This document shows positions 62,809 to 64,000 of a stretch of 64,000 nt of DNA, one piece after another; within the stretch, counting starts at the first letter, position 1, and every line of letters begins with the position of its first letter. The position numbers were made by a program, and so were the translations under genes. This DNA comes from Alphaproteobacteria bacterium (GTDB taxonomy: Bacteria; Pseudomonadota; Alphaproteobacteria; UBA828), in assembly GCA_965220745.1 (NCBI GenBank), contig CBDCQT010000013.1, positions 800,001 through 864,000 of the forward strand, written 5' to 3'. The notes below the pieces were generated by a model. That model saw nothing but the letters and a program-made list of their open reading frames with translations, had not been told where the DNA came from and did no database searches.

Positions 62809-64000
62809 TTGGCCAAACGCCGTCGATTTCGCACGCTGAAGGTCGTGCTGCCGCTGCTCACGCTGGTGTGCGCGGTGTTGGCGGTCGGCTACCTGCAGGC
62901 GACGCGGCCCGAGATCGAGCGCACCGGCCCGGCGGAGCGCGCGCGGCCAATTGCCGCCGCGACCGTCCGCATCGCCGACGTGCAGCCCTCAATCGGCGCC
63001 TACGGCGAGGTGGTGGCGCACCGCGACGTGGAGCTGCGGGCGCTGGTGGCGGGGCCGGTGGTGGCCGTGGGCCGGAACTTCATGAACGGCGGCACGGTGC
63101 GGGCCGGCGAGCTGCTGGTGGAGATCGACCCCTTCGAGTATCGCGCAGCGGTCACGGAGGCGGAGGCGGCACTGGCCGAGGCGCGAGCGCAGCTTTCGGA
63201 GACCGGGGCGGAGCTGGGAGCGGAAGAGGCGGGACTCACGGCAGATCGCACCCAACTGGCGTTGGCGGAGCGCGAGCTGGAACGGCGGGAGGCACTGCTC
63301 GCCAAAGGCACCGCCGCACAGAAGACGGTCGACGATGCCCTGGTGCGCCGGAGCGAGCGGGTGCGGGCACTGGCGGCGACGGAGCGCCGGATTGCGGGCT
63401 TGCGCGCGCGGATCGCGCGGCAGGAGGCGGTGATTGCGCGCAGCACCGTAGCGCTGGAACGGGCCGAACGCGATCTTGCGAACACGTGGCTGGTCGCACC
63501 CTTCGATGGGTATCTGACGTCAATTTCCGCCGCGCTCGGCAAGCGGCTCGGCGTGAACGATCGCGTGGTCCGCTTGTTGGATCAGGCCCAGCTGGACATC
63601 CAAATTCATCTGAGCGACGCGGACTACGGGCGGCTCGTCTCCTCTGCGGCGGGTCTTCGCGGGCGCCCGGTGGAGGTGACGTGGCGTGCGGGGGACCGCA
63701 ACTTCCCCTTCCGCGCGGTGATCCAGCGGGCCGACGGCGAGGTCGACGCGGCGAGCGGCGGGGTTCGTGTGTATGCGCGGATCGAGCATGACGCGGCGGC
63801 GCTGCCGCTCCGCCCCGGCGCCTTCGTGGAGGTTCGCATACCGGACCGCGTGTACCGGGGGGCCACGCAGTTGCCGGAGACGGCGCTGGTCGGCGGCGAT
63901 ACGGTCTACGCGGTCGTGGACGGCCGGCTCGAGCCCCGGCCGGTGGCGCTGCTCGCGCGCGTCGGCAACGACGTCGTGGTATCCGGCGGAATCACCGAGG
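62809..64000 (+). CDS. RND efflux periplasmic adaptor subunit (runs off the window)
   Basis: TTG start after GGGGAGG; N-terminal TM; GELLVEID, coiled hairpin, APFDG, LRPGAFV, LPETAL. Confidence 0.9.
   Translation, partial: MAKRRRFRTLKVVLPLLTLVCAVLAVGYLQATRPEIERTGPAERARPIAAATVRIADVQPSIGAYGEVVAHRDVELRALVAGPVVAVGRNFMNGGTVRAGELLVEIDPFEYRAAVTEAEAALAEARAQLSETGAELGAEEAGLTADRTQLALAERELERREALLAKGTAAQKTVDDALVRRSERVRALAATERRIAGLRARIARQEAVIARSTVALERAERDLANTWLVAPFDGYLTSISAALGKRLGVNDRVVRLLDQAQLDIQIHLSDADYGRLVSSAAGLRGRPVEVTWRAGDRNFPFRAVIQRADGEVDAASGGVRVYARIEHDAAALPLRPGAFVEVRIPDRVYRGATQLPETALVGGDTVYAVVDGRLEPRPVALLARVGNDVVVSGGITE

Overview
GC-rich chromosomal window, most consistent with an Alphaproteobacterium (alpha-type mreB, rph-rdgB-hemW, COQ9, ialB-rlmN). 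Left to right: S8 lipoprotein peptidase, orphan mreB, Tat-exported IorAB-type molybdoenzyme with cytochrome c and an NsrR-like regulator, a decaying zone at 8.7-13.3 kb (RsbW-like, sulfite dehydrogenase and hypothetical pseudogenes), a long catabolic/accessory tract at 13.9-53.4 kb, then housekeeping genes, a phased DnaA-box array and an RND adaptor running off the edge. Mobile DNA: a degraded IS701 inside an MFS gene, an intact IS1380 with TTAA duplication, and a RIT (recombinase-in-trio) element. Top leads: (1) the RIT element has 87-bp inverted arms plus a perfect 34-bp palindrome at one end only, which looks like a circle junction integrated off-centre through a CCCAA core, and precise excision would restore an interrupted 310-aa gene; (2) a five-gene operon couples a split DUF3830 + helical-bundle pair resembling McbB/cucumopine-synthase Pictet-Spenglerases to a GlxBCD/N-methylglutamate-synthase-like trio. 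No rRNA, tRNA or CRISPR array was seen. All family calls come from motif recognition by eye; no database search was run.
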